Made by a program: the position numbers and the translations under genes
IMG/VR virus record: IMGVR_UViG_3300042396_000691
Location: 32,001-96,000 of that record
Reading direction: 5' to 3' (one strand)
DNA from: a virus
Taxonomy: Duplodnaviria > Caudoviricetes
DNA: 64,000 nucleotides
Part shown: one piece after another, positions 55,401 to 64,000 of the stretch
How positions within the stretch are numbered: the first letter of the stretch is position 1
Layout of the letters: each line of letters opens with the position of its first letter
Notes under the pieces: generated by a model
What the model was told of the DNA's origin: nothing
What the model saw: the letters and a program-made list of their open reading frames with translations, nothing else
Database searches by the model: none

Positions 55401-58400
55401 CAAAAAGTATTGCATCTTCTATTGAAGTATAGGGATTTTCATTAAGATATCTTTGATTTGTTAAATCTTTAAATCTACTATCTGTTACCATTCCATAAGA
55501 TTCAAGTTCATCAGCGTACTTATTGAGATATAAAGAAGGATTGTTATTTAATTCTTTTGTGTATGATTCATTATCTGCATCATCAAAAAAAGCAGCGTGA
55601 TCAGTACCCATGCCCCTAGCATCAAATCTTGGTTGTAAATATTTTCTTAAATATTTTGCTTCTTCTCTTTTTCCCTTTTTTAAATTTTTAGCATATGCAT
55701 TTGAAAGTGTTTTATACTGTGCAATTATAAGTCCAATTCCAGCACCAACTAATGTGGCACCTGGAATAGGAATAGCAGTTCCAGCAAGTGCTCCAGCAGC
55801 TATTGCTCCACCAGTAGAAACTAATTCTCCAGTGCCTGTTGTATCAGCATTGCCTCCACCAAAGATTGATTCTGAATCTTGATATTTTTTCTTGTCGTAT
55901 AAATTTGCAATTTCTGGAAAAGCTTGCCCATAAGTTTCAACAGCCTTTTGAAGCCTCACAGGATTTATATCAGATGTAAGAGAAGTTCCTATTGCCTCTA
56001 AATCACTAACTGTTTGAGGTAAAAATGCTAACCCCAAAGGTCCAGCAAATGGGGCAACTCTTGGTATTCTTGTAAATAATTCAAACAAAGGAATAATTGC
56101 TGCTGATGTTGCTGCTTCTTGACCCAATTTTTTCTTAATTTCACTTGGATCAACACCATACATAGAATCAACAATTGCTGTTCTAGCAAGTGGTAATGCC
56201 ATTTGTGCATAAGCCCCATACTTTGCTATTGTTTTTCCACCATCTGCCATTTTAAATTTTGGAGAATTAGTAATTATTTTGTTGGCATTACCTCCAGCCC
56301 TAACTACTTGCCTATTTACTTCTACAGAAACTCCTTTATTTTTTTCCCTTACTTTCTCTACAGCCCCCATTATTTGATTAATATCTCCACTTTTTGAAAT
56401 GTCTTTATATTCATTTAGAACTTGAGTCATTTCACTTGAGGTGACACCTTTGCTTGCTAATATTTCTCTAATTGTCTGTTGTTTAGGTTGTGCAACTGGT
56501 TTTGGTAATTCAGCTACAATTGGTTGCGGTTTTGGTGGCAATTTTGTTTCTGGTAGTACTTCACTTGGTTGAGTGCCAGTTCTTCCATCTGTTCCTTTTC
56601 CTGCATCATTTAAATTTGGTTTATTGCCTGTTGTTACATCAACTTTTGGTGGCAATTTTACTTCTGGTGGTAATTCAACTTTTGGTATAGGCTTAACCGT
56701 TGGCTTAACTTCTGGTGGAACCACTGGCCCAACGAATGGTTCTGGTGGTAATGGCCCAACGAATGGTGCTGGTGCTGGTGGTCCAAAGATAGGTTGTCTG
56801 ACTAATGGTAAAGGTCTTCTTCCATCAGCATTCAACCGCATTCTTGGACCGCCCCTTTGAGCTTCTATTACATTTCTTCTATCTTGTAGTATTTGCTGTT
56901 GTCTTAAAGCTTGAGCTTCTTGTGCTCTTATTTGACCTGCTCTTAATTCAGCAGCAGAATTATTTCTATCATTTCTAAGTCTTTCTCCAAGAATTCCTAT
57001 AACACCCCTTGTTTGTCTTTCTCTTATTTCTCTTGGATCTAATAAACCAATAATTCCAAAATCTGTTCTGAAATTTTTAGGTTTTTCAAAACTAAAGACA
57101 GTATTTTTTATAGGATTTTGAAGTGCCTCAAAATGAGTTGTTCCAGATTTATTTTTAAGTATTTTTTCATTTAAAAAATTAGATTCACTTTTCATTAAAT
57201 CTTTAATGTTATTTTTTGAATCAATTTTTACATTTACATCAGATGGTGTTGTTTTTTTAACTTCTGAAGTAACTGGCTTTGCCATATCTCCTGTTTTATA
57301 ATCAGCTATCTGATTTTCAAACTTATTTTGTTCAATAGCATTCTTAATAAAAGCTTCTTTTCCCTTTTGACTTAAATCTTGATATTTTGATAAATCATCC
57401 ATGTTTAAATTTTTAATAATTCGACTGGCTTTTTCAGTTTCCAAAAATTTTTGTGGTGTTTCTATATTTTTACTATTTAAAAATTCAACCCTTTCGGATT
57501 GTGACATTGTTTTAAATTTTTCTATTTCTTGTTGAGTTAACTTTGCATTTTTTATTTGTTCGCTTAAAGTAGTAGCAACAGGTTTAACAGGTTCAACAGG
57601 AGCTTCACCCTCTGGATAAACATCAACTGGTTTTTGAAAGAATTTTATTGTTTTATTGATTGCTGCTTTAGCAAGAAAATATCCAGGAACACCGATTCCA
57701 GTAGCAAGAATACCAGCTTTTATAAAATCTTCTGTGTTAAATTCTCTGTCTAAATCAATTACTTTATTTAAATCTGTTATATTTGTTAAAGGTTTATCTG
57801 CTGTGCCAGTATAAACTTTTTTTGGATCTGCCCCTTTTAATTCATTTGTAAATGCAAATACTGCACCAGCAGTAAGTCCTGTTTTTAAAAGTAAAGATCT
57901 TAAAGATTCTTTTGGTGCAAACGATATATTTTTTGATGGAATCTTACTTGATGAAACTTTTTTTGAAGAATTAATATCAGGTGCATCTATAATCTTCTTA
58001 GGTTTTGACAAATCAACTATTGGATTTTCTATTTTAGGAGGAAATAATGTATGAATACTTGCTTCGTTGTTTGGGCCACTTATATTTAATCCTTTAATTT
58101 TTTCAGCAGCAATATCTGGTGAATATGCTCTTTTTATAGCTTCTTTAACAAGTTCTACTTCAATGCCTCTATTGCCAAATTTTCCCCCTAAAATTCCATC
58201 TAGTGCAATTGGTTTTCCTGCTTTAATGTCTTTTGCAATACTTTGATGAAAACCACTATTGTAAATATCTGCCATAGATTCATCGCTAGCATGATCAAGC
58301 ATACTTAGTAATGCCGTTAATCCACGACTTTTGCCTGATTTTAACTTACGACTTTCATTAGCATTTGCTTGTAATTCAGACAGAAAAGTAGGTATTCCAC

Positions 58401-61400
58401 CCTGCTTCCAAGGAGAACTGGCACTACCCCTTTTGCCATATTCCTCCATATTTATAGCACCATACAATGAATTATGCATAGGTGACATTTTATCTTGAGC
58501 AAAATCTTGAATCGAATGAGTTAATTCATGACCCATTATTCCTTTTTGTTCTACTGGCTTTTCACTTATAGAATAATGAGCAGGATTACTTTTATACATG
58601 CTACTTCCTGTGTAGCTTCTGTCATAAACGGTTGAAACTTTAGGTTGGCCTGGTCCAGAATTATCACCTCCACGACCTAAAATATATTTTTGATTACTTA
58701 CTTTTTCTAAAAATACATCCATAGAATTTTTTATTCTTCTATTACTTGGTTGATCAAATAATTTATCTCCTATTTCCCTACTTTCTTCAAGATACTTAGT
58801 GGTAAATATATCCTCTGGTTTTTTCCAACCCAAACCTTGTATTGGGCCTCTTTCTTCTCTCAATCTTGCCAATTCTAATTTATGTAAATCGTAAAGTTCA
58901 TGCATTCTCTTTTCTTGTTCTAAATATCTTTTAAACTGATCTATTTTTCTCCTTGGATTAATAGATTTAGAATTAGGATCAATTAAATACTTCTCTGCTT
59001 GAATCATAAATTCTGGATCATGAAGCACCCCAAGAGGCGACTTGGGTATTTCTTGAGCTTTGGGTTCAGCAATATAGGCACTTGTGCCTTGCTTGCCATA
59101 TCCAGAAGTCATTTGTTTAAACATTCTGGAGAATATGTTTTCTCTTGGTTTTTTTTCTCTTGGTTTTAAATAAGAAAGATCCTTATTAAGCTTTAACCTA
59201 CCAGTACCTTTAAGAGCTTTCCGAACTTCAAGAAAACCTGGTTCAAATGTTCTTTGTACAATTTTAGCAACTTCGGCATCTTCTACTGCAAGATTTTCTA
59301 TAAGTTCTTTATTGTTAAACCATGAACTACCAGCATTAACTAATGGTGGAGGTATTCTTCGACTACTCAATTCTTGTTTAGATGGTTTTAAATATTTGGA
59401 CATCGACATAGGACCATCACTACTACCAATAGATGGTTCAACTGGTTTTTTACCACCAAAAAACTTATTTAAACCAAGATACCCTAAACCAGCAACAGTA
59501 GTAACACCCAAACCAACAGCACCAATTTTTAAAAAGTCTTCAATGTTGAATTCTCTGTCTTTCTTTACAACATTTTTTAAATCATTTGGGTTTATAAAAC
59601 TTTGATCTTTTGTGCCACTTAAAACTTTTTTCGTTTCTCCTGCCATTGACATATTTGGGAATGCTAATGATCCAGCAGCAACTAATGCTGCACCTATAGC
59701 TTTTTTACCAGCACCAACAAATGGTGAGATAGTTTTTGGATTTAATGCACCTTTTGAAAAAACAAGTTCATACTGTCCATTACCAATATGTTTATAAGCT
59801 CTAAAATTCTCATTTAAAGAAGCTTGAGGTTTTCCATCTATCGTAGGAAAATAAGTTGAGCCTTTCCCATGTCTTCCAGAATTTGATGGCTTTATAGAAG
59901 CATCATCGCTGACAATAATCGTATGATTTTCATTTTGCCCTGCATAAGCCATGCTCGCTTGGCCCTTGCTAAATGATGGAAAAGCAGTTGGGCGAGCCTT
60001 CATTTTTTCAGCAAGAGTAGCATTTGAAGAAACCTTAGCATTAGCATTTGTTCTTACTGTGCCTAATTTAACATCACCTAAAGACTCTTCCCCATGAATT
60101 ACACGGTAATATGCATCTGAATTGTTGAAAAAATTACTATTTACTCGTTCTGGATATCCACCTTTGCTTAAATAACTAACCTTACCCCCACCATTCATAT
60201 GATCTAAAAGACCCTTATTCTTTTTAGCCTTATCTGCACTAACAATAAATTCTCCAGATTGAACCATAGCTGGAGTTCTACCACCAGCTTGACCCCCCTT
60301 AGAAAAACCTATTGCCTTAATATTTTTGATACTTTTTAAGCCATAATTTCTTTCAAAATAACCAGCCCCAATAGTAGTAATTTCTGGTGGACTTCCAGCC
60401 ATTAACAAATCTTCAAAATATGGTTTTAAATTTGCTCTTCTTTCGTAATATGATCTGGTGTTACCATCACGATCAACAGGATCAACTGCTTGTCTTCCAT
60501 CTAAACCAACTGGGTTAGCATTAGCTCTTAAATAATCTTCTGTAGCATCTAATATTTGTTGGTAAGGAACTTGTTTTATAGCCAATGGCATCCCATAAAC
60601 TACACCAGCTTTAGTCATTTGAAGAAGATTGTTTCTTGCTTCTACGCCAAGATTTTCTATATTTAAACCAGTTTCTTTAATGTCTGTTATTTTAGACCAA
60701 GGGGCAATATTTTGTTTTGAAACTATTGCACTAATTGGCAAAGATCCATCTTTATAAGGGATATTTGTAAGATCAGCACTTCCTCTTAATATTCTTAAAG
60801 AGTTATTTAAGGCGTTTCTTCTCCAAGAACCTCTAAGATTTCCAAACTTTGTTAAAACTGCGATATCAACATTTTGTTTTCTTTGCATTTTTGCAATTTT
60901 TTGTGCTTCTAAACGATTAACATTTAGTGGAGCAAAAAGATCGCCAAAACCACCTTCTGCTAAATAATTAACAGGACCGCCAGCATTCATTGCTTTTGTA
61001 GGCTTAACTGTTCCACCGCCATTCAAAGCTTGTAGCAAAGGAAGATTTTCAGATGTTGCTTTTGCGTTAACCACATATTCGCCATGATTTAACATGGCTG
61101 GTATTGTATCTGGACCTATCGGTTTAAATACAGTTGGATCTGCACCAACCATTGCAGAAGAATGGGTCACCATACCACCAGTGTTAAACGCTCTTGGTCT
61201 TGGGGTAAGCGGATTAACTGGAGCGACTTGATTTACTGGAATATTTAAAAGGTTTAACTGAGCATTTAAATTTTGTATGCTATTTGCTGCAATAGTTGAT
61301 TGTGTTTGAAGTTGTTCGATTTGTTGAAAAAACTGTCCACCAATAAGACCGCCAAGTCTTTGTATATCATCTATTGCTTTTGAAAAAGCCGATGAACTAA

Positions 61401-63999
61401 CATTTTGTTGAAGTAAATTTAAAACAAAACTTCCTAAGTTTGCCTTATCTCCTTGAGCATTTGGATCATTTGTAAAATAAGTATTATTATTTGCATCAAG
61501 CTGTCTACTTAAACCTAATTTATTAGCTAACTCACCAGATTGTGTTTGAACCTCTTTGTTTTGTATAGTTTGAAACTGATCACCAGCATATAACCTTATA
61601 ATAGATGCAAGATCTTTTTGATTAATCACTCCACTAGTTTTAGCACTTCTTTCTTGGACTTGTCCAATAATGGCATTAATATCTAAGCCTTGAAGATTTT
61701 TATTTGCAGCAAGATTATTTAATAATTTACTAACATCTAAAACATTGTTTTGACCCAAAGAATTTGCTGCTATAACATCAGCCTGATTGGTATCTCTAAA
61801 TTCTTCAGCCTTTTTTTGACTAGACCGTTGTTTTTCAACAGAAGCTAAAAACACAGAAATGTCTTTGCTATTTGGTGCTACATATTTAGTGTAACTTTCT
61901 TGAGTTACCATATTGCCGATAACACTAGCAGATGGGGCTACTGCTTGTAATTCTTTTATTCTTGCATCGTTAGCCCTAAGTGATTGTTCTTGCCCACCTA
62001 TTTGTGTTCTTGTAAGTTCTGCGGACAACCTTGTAAAAAATTGTTCATTTTGTTTTGATAGTTCTGCAAAAAATTGACCTTGTAAAGTTTGTTGATCTTT
62101 TATTATTAATGACTGTGCTTGTTCTCTTACTGCCATAGCAGCAAAAAGTTGTGCGTTTAGCTGAAGTAATTGTGGACCATATTTATCTTGAACTTTTGTT
62201 TCTGGCTTAGATACAAAACCGCTTGCTTGTAAAAATTCAGACTTTAATTTTTTGCCTTCTTCTCCAGAAAAATCTAAGTATTCAAAAATTGCTTTTCTTT
62301 GTTCAACATTAAACCTTAAAAGGTTTCCACCAAGTTCTTTAGCAATACTAGTCAATTGACTACCAGCTTGAAGTCTTTGTAATTGTTCTGGCGATGATGT
62401 TAATAATTTTTCGCCCCTATTTTCTGTTTCAGATTGTTTTCTTGCATTGTCTTGTTCTTCGTTTGCTATTTCTTGTCTTATTTTTCCAACTCTTTGTTCA
62501 ATTGCAGATACTTCTTCGGTTGAATCAGCAAGATTTTTCATTGCTTGATTAAGAAGTGAAGCTTCTACCTTTAATCTTCCCAACTCATTTGTCGCATCAG
62601 TATCTTGACCCCTTCCATTAGCCCCCGCTGTAAATCTAGCGTTTTTTCTTTTGGCTTCTGCTGCTTCTGTGTTAATTCTATTCTGATTGATTCTATCTTG
62701 TATTTGTTGAGGGTCTAATTGATCGCCATTATTAAGACCAGTAAGCCTAGCCTGTTGTTCTGCAAATGCTTGTGTCTGGTCAAATATGTTGGTCATATCA
62801 AGACCTATCTGACCCTCTTTTATCTCACCAAATCTTGCACCTAATGGATTTGCCGTTTTTTGTTTTTTTATTTCGTTTTCAATATCGATATTTGTTTTAA
62901 AATTTCTTGTTTGTTGTTGAATTTTTCCAAGTTTTTCGTATTCGTTTACAGTTTTTATTGTTTCTTGAGCTAATTTATTTATTCCAGATACATATGCATC
63001 TGATGCTTTTTCTAAATCCTCTGCAATTTTTTGATAAGCTTTTAAGAATGGTTCTGAAACACCAGACATTATTTTTTTTGCAAATTCACCATAGTCACCA
63101 CCAGATTCAGCAAGCATCTTAGAGAAATCTTCGCCCATTTTTCCAACAATTGAATTAACATATGCTGTCGTATCTGATTTATTAAATCCTCTATTGTTTA
63201 ACTCTTGTGTTAAAACGCCTCTTAAAACAGATTGTGGATCTTTACCACCTTTAACATCATTTGGGTTTATGTTTGCAAGTATGTCTGGAAGTAGTGCAGA
63301 TATATTTGCAACTATGTTTCCAGATTTTTCAAAATTAGATCCGCTTGAACCAAGTCCGCTAGAAACATCTTTTAAGTTTTCCACAAACATATTAGGGTTT
63401 AAAAATGATGATTGAACATCAGAAGATATTCTTTTCTTTTGACCTATAGAAAAATTTGAAGATAGTGCATCTGTTATTGTTTGAAACCTTGGACTTAAAT
63501 TATTCAATGTTGAGGCAGCATTAGATGAAGCATTTGCCAAAAGTGAAAACGCTACATTAAGTTGTTCTGTACTTTTAACTGATAGTGTTTGATTTTTAAT
63601 AGCAATCTGTTGTTTTTCAAAATCCCTTGCGAATGTTTCAAATTTCTTTTTTAATTTTTCTATTGGTTGATCTAAACCAATTGATAATTTTCCAATCTGT
63701 GCTGAATTAGAAGTGTCTTCAAAAAATTTACTTGGATCAAATTTTTGATCATCTCTTGGTTTAAAAGTTTTAGTTTTTTCATCAAAAGCTATACTTGATT
63801 TTATTTCTTCTTCAATTTGTTTTGATAGAAGAGAATCTATTCCAGATGCTTGTCCTGCATATTGTGTTCTTCTTTCCGCTTTAGCACTCTTAGCCTCTTG
63901 CGTTCCCGAATTGGTTAATGAAAAACTTGTAACAGATGCTTTTGATTTTTCTGCAATTGCAGTATCGATTTTATCTTGTAAATCCGTTATTTCTTTTAA
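52414..63999 (-). CDS. giant tape-measure-like protein (>3,860 aa, 5' end outside window) with repeated GG/PAML modules and internal cargo-like domains
   Basis: The frame continues past 63540 to the window edge (LKEITDLQDKIDTAIAEK...); long coiled-coil Q/A/E/K-rich region; four TMP-type PA[MI][LV]xxGE[FY][VI]V motifs; lies upstream of tail genes. Confidence 0.8.
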   Translation of the reverse strand, partial: LKEITDLQDKIDTAIAEKSKASVTSFSLTNSGTQEAKSAKAERRTQYAGQASGIDSLLSKQIEEEIKSSIAFDEKTKTFKPRDDQKFDPSKFFEDTSNSAQIGKLSIGLDQPIEKLKKKFETFARDFEKQQIAIKNQTLSVKSTEQLNVAFSLLANASSNAASTLNNLSPRFQTITDALSSNFSIGQKKRISSDVQSSFLNPNMFVENLKDVSSGLGSSGSNFEKSGNIVANISALLPDILANINPNDVKGGKDPQSVLRGVLTQELNNRGFNKSDTTAYVNSIVGKMGEDFSKMLAESGGDYGEFAKKIMSGVSEPFLKAYQKIAEDLEKASDAYVSGINKLAQETIKTVNEYEKLGKIQQQTRNFKTNIDIENEIKKQKTANPLGARFGEIKEGQIGLDMTNIFDQTQAFAEQQARLTGLNNGDQLDPQQIQDRINQNRINTEAAEAKRKNARFTAGANGRGQDTDATNELGRLKVEASLLNQAMKNLADSTEEVSAIEQRVGKIRQEIANEEQDNARKQSETENRGEKLLTSSPEQLQRLQAGSQLTSIAKELGGNLLRFNVEQRKAIFEYLDFSGEEGKKLKSEFLQASGFVSKPETKVQDKYGPQLLQLNAQLFAAMAVREQAQSLIIKDQQTLQGQFFAELSKQNEQFFTRLSAELTRTQIGGQEQSLRANDARIKELQAVAPSASVIGNMVTQESYTKYVAPNSKDISVFLASVEKQRSSQKKAEEFRDTNQADVIAANSLGQNNVLDVSKLLNNLAANKNLQGLDINAIIGQVQERSAKTSGVINQKDLASIIRLYAGDQFQTIQNKEVQTQSGELANKLGLSRQLDANNNTYFTNDPNAQGDKANLGSFVLNLLQQNVSSSAFSKAIDDIQRLGGLIGGQFFQQIEQLQTQSTIAANSIQNLNAQLNLLNIPVNQVAPVNPLTPRPRAFNTGGMVTHSSAMVGADPTVFKPIGPDTIPAMLNHGEYVVNAKATSENLPLLQALNGGGTVKPTKAMNAGGPVNYLAEGGFGDLFAPLNVNRLEAQKIAKMQRKQNVDIAVLTKFGNLRGSWRRNALNNSLRILRGSADLTNIPYKDGSLPISAIVSKQNIAPWSKITDIKETGLNIENLGVEARNNLLQMTKAGVVYGMPLAIKQVPYQQILDATEDYLRANANPVGLDGRQAVDPVDRDGNTRSYYERRANLKPYFEDLLMAGSPPEITTIGAGYFERNYGLKSIKNIKAIGFSKGGQAGGRTPAMVQSGEFIVSADKAKKNKGLLDHMNGGGKVSYLSKGGYPERVNSNFFNNSDAYYRVIHGEESLGDVKLGTVRTNANAKVSSNATLAEKMKARPTAFPSFSKGQASMAYAGQNENHTIIVSDDASIKPSNSGRHGKGSTYFPTIDGKPQASLNENFRAYKHIGNGQYELVFSKGALNPKTISPFVGAGKKAIGAALVAAGSLAFPNMSMAGETKKVLSGTKDQSFINPNDLKNVVKKDREFNIEDFLKIGAVGLGVTTVAGLGYLGLNKFFGGKKPVEPSIGSSDGPMSMSKYLKPSKQELSSRRIPPPLVNAGSSWFNNKELIENLAVEDAEVAKIVQRTFEPGFLEVRKALKGTGRLKLNKDLSYLKPREKKPRENIFSRMFKQMTSGYGKQGTSAYIAEPKAQEIPKSPLGVLHDPEFMIQAEKYLIDPNSKSINPRRKIDQFKRYLEQEKRMHELYDLHKLELARLREERGPIQGLGWKKPEDIFTTKYLEESREIGDKLFDQPSNRRIKNSMDVFLEKVSNQKYILGRGGDNSGPGQPKVSTVYDRSYTGSSMYKSNPAHYSISEKPVEQKGIMGHELTHSIQDFAQDKMSPMHNSLYGAINMEEYGKRGSASSPWKQGGIPTFLSELQANANESRKLKSGKSRGLTALLSMLDHASDESMADIYNSGFHQSIAKDIKAGKPIALDGILGGKFGNRGIEVELVKEAIKRAYSPDIAAEKIKGLNISGPNNEASIHTLFPPKIENPIVDLSKPKKIIDAPDINSSKKVSSSKIPSKNISFAPKESLRSLLLKTGLTAGAVFAFTNELKGADPKKVYTGTADKPLTNITDLNKVIDLDREFNTEDFIKAGILATGIGVPGYFLAKAAINKTIKFFQKPVDVYPEGEAPVEPVKPVATTLSEQIKNAKLTQQEIEKFKTMSQSERVEFLNSKNIETPQKFLETEKASRIIKNLNMDDLSKYQDLSQKGKEAFIKNAIEQNKFENQIADYKTGDMAKPVTSEVKKTTPSDVNVKIDSKNNIKDLMKSESNFLNEKILKNKSGTTHFEALQNPIKNTVFSFEKPKNFRTDFGIIGLLDPREIRERQTRGVIGILGERLRNDRNNSAAELRAGQIRAQEAQALRQQQILQDRRNVIEAQRGGPRMRLNADGRRPLPLVRQPIFGPPAPAPFVGPLPPEPFVGPVVPPEVKPTVKPIPKVELPPEVKLPPKVDVTTGNKPNLNDAGKGTDGRTGTQPSEVLPETKLPPKPQPIVAELPKPVAQPKQQTIREILASKGVTSSEMTQVLNEYKDISKSGDINQIMGAVEKVREKNKGVSVEVNRQVVRAGGNANKIITNSPKFKMADGGKTIAKYGAYAQMALPLARTAIVDSMYGVDPSEIKKKLGQEAATSAAIIPLFELFTRIPRVAPFAGPLGLAFLPQTVSDLEAIGTSLTSDINPVRLQKAVETYGQAFPEIANLYDKKKYQDSESIFGGGNADTTGTGELVSTGGAIAAGALAGTAIPIPGATLVGAGIGLIIAQYKTLSNAYAKNLKKGKREEAKYLRKYLQPRFDARGMGTDHAAFFDDADNESYTKELNNNPSLYLNKYADELESYGMVTDSRFKDLTNQRYLNENPYTSIEDAILFEKLKNKGERGIPESFISEISPLQKSGASEGQLNKIREKYNPDGKASDSIDSILKKLGKGDSGKINDYDKSAIFGRLFKQDKNLSNISELEPKILFDDQNEQKIVEIAKSLGVKPSNDKGYPIKDLNRKYEVFDIESIRSQELYSKIEIAERLKAGEDQKIKDTGKKLRLDAPPIEKIRSDDYVNEQSAKVSSLMEPYMSYGDPLVDKPQMIDADKEKRINLKNILEQELFGGVYKEETTKDNLLDYISLIKNINDKIYYNDQNNGLTEKNYAGLWPQYQNIEIEKRQKENALILEQFSKDFGKKLTAIVPFFNNNLFNTGFDALQYSSNDGNVETKENFFKYDSNKLKKDLSIPDEKEVVSKDIYDYFEKNKGIKYNWIGAKEDNFEKPLAMASGGIVPSSAPNPDPSFFVAKGTDTVPAILSPGEYVVNARATAANLPLLQNLNSGGAVKYLNRGGNLTAINPMYARYSGQSPGRGYISSGPRYNNEMDRMADQGTGLYDMASGKRYRPTRYEKRRTDFDIGTQGYLASRVYNPRVTANTLGNLANYRADRSGNLNRPDLFKYYSFNYGTEILEKHSKEFGGVGSGNISFSGGPIPNYVGGLNAVSDSRYGSAKLAGASKFAMEDSVFNDILNNKEISRAPITGYRTSAVGSRYISGLIGGPPNHGDNGQNYDKVSLKDYINELGFSKAGNQSFQGVSANKALAGSSLASMPGSNVGIAQQAISSLQKDGLGSLSVNNTDVAATQALDTIKNARMSHYDAPFQKITPPRPAPNRYFSLANRVQGNPVFSSGPVRPFRFMANGGSSTDTQPAMLTPGEFVVSKPAVDRVGTAFLDRVNNYAKGGKVGYYDGGSGKGRGAISTFDSSELNNAGNNLRVAGESVAVGAGTLNQTLQVVSGSFNSASSTFNQAVSIMNTAASAMTSSSRNFEMAVNDLTSALDRIPSTINLAMSPLLLNISFNTPSVLQAIQQSLSGITLNIAAQIQNAITGFKRNEL

Positions 64000-64000
64000 T

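Noticed and set aside
1198-63415. Short opposite-strand or nested ORFs in the track (e.g. 6996-7340, 22013-22369, 45161-45559, 53942-54304)
   Set aside because: They are shadows of well-supported genes, without RBS or motifs.
63538-63540. TTG at 63540 as the start of the giant protein
   Set aside because: The frame continues upstream to the window edge, so the true start lies outside the window.
1-64000. Genome-wide stop-codon reassignment
   Set aside because: Conserved genes are full length under code 11, and TAA, TAG and TGA all end genes at expected positions.

Overview
AT-rich, densely packed segment of a large tailed-phage (Caudoviricetes, probably jumbo-class) genome using the standard genetic code; the host cannot be determined from this window. 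Bases 1-~41.2 kb (+ strand, many TAATG/ATGA-coupled genes) encode nucleotide metabolism (ThyX, class II RNR, dNMP kinase, Nudix), peptide deformylase, PhoH, a bacterial-style replisome (intein-containing RecA, DnaB, DnaG, SSB, a DnaE split into two genes around a DEDDh exonuclease), several nucleases, a papain-like protease cassette and about a dozen glycosyltransferase or sugar-modifying genes. Bases ~41.2-64 kb (- strand) encode virion/tail proteins and end in a >3,860 aa tape-measure-like protein that runs off the window. Most notable: (1) that giant protein has four copies of a 'xxGG...PA[MI][LV]xxGE[FY][VI]V...xxGG' module bracketing cargo-like regions (ART-like, HExxH protease-like, duplicated membrane module); (2) DnaE is split without an intein; (3) a class 3-type intein starting with Glu sits in the RecA P-loop; (4) a glycosylation island occurs with mucin-like Thr tracts in a tail protein; (5) a possible CxxU selenopeptide; (6) a structured leader precedes nrdJ. 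All calls come from reading motifs by eye; no database searches were run.
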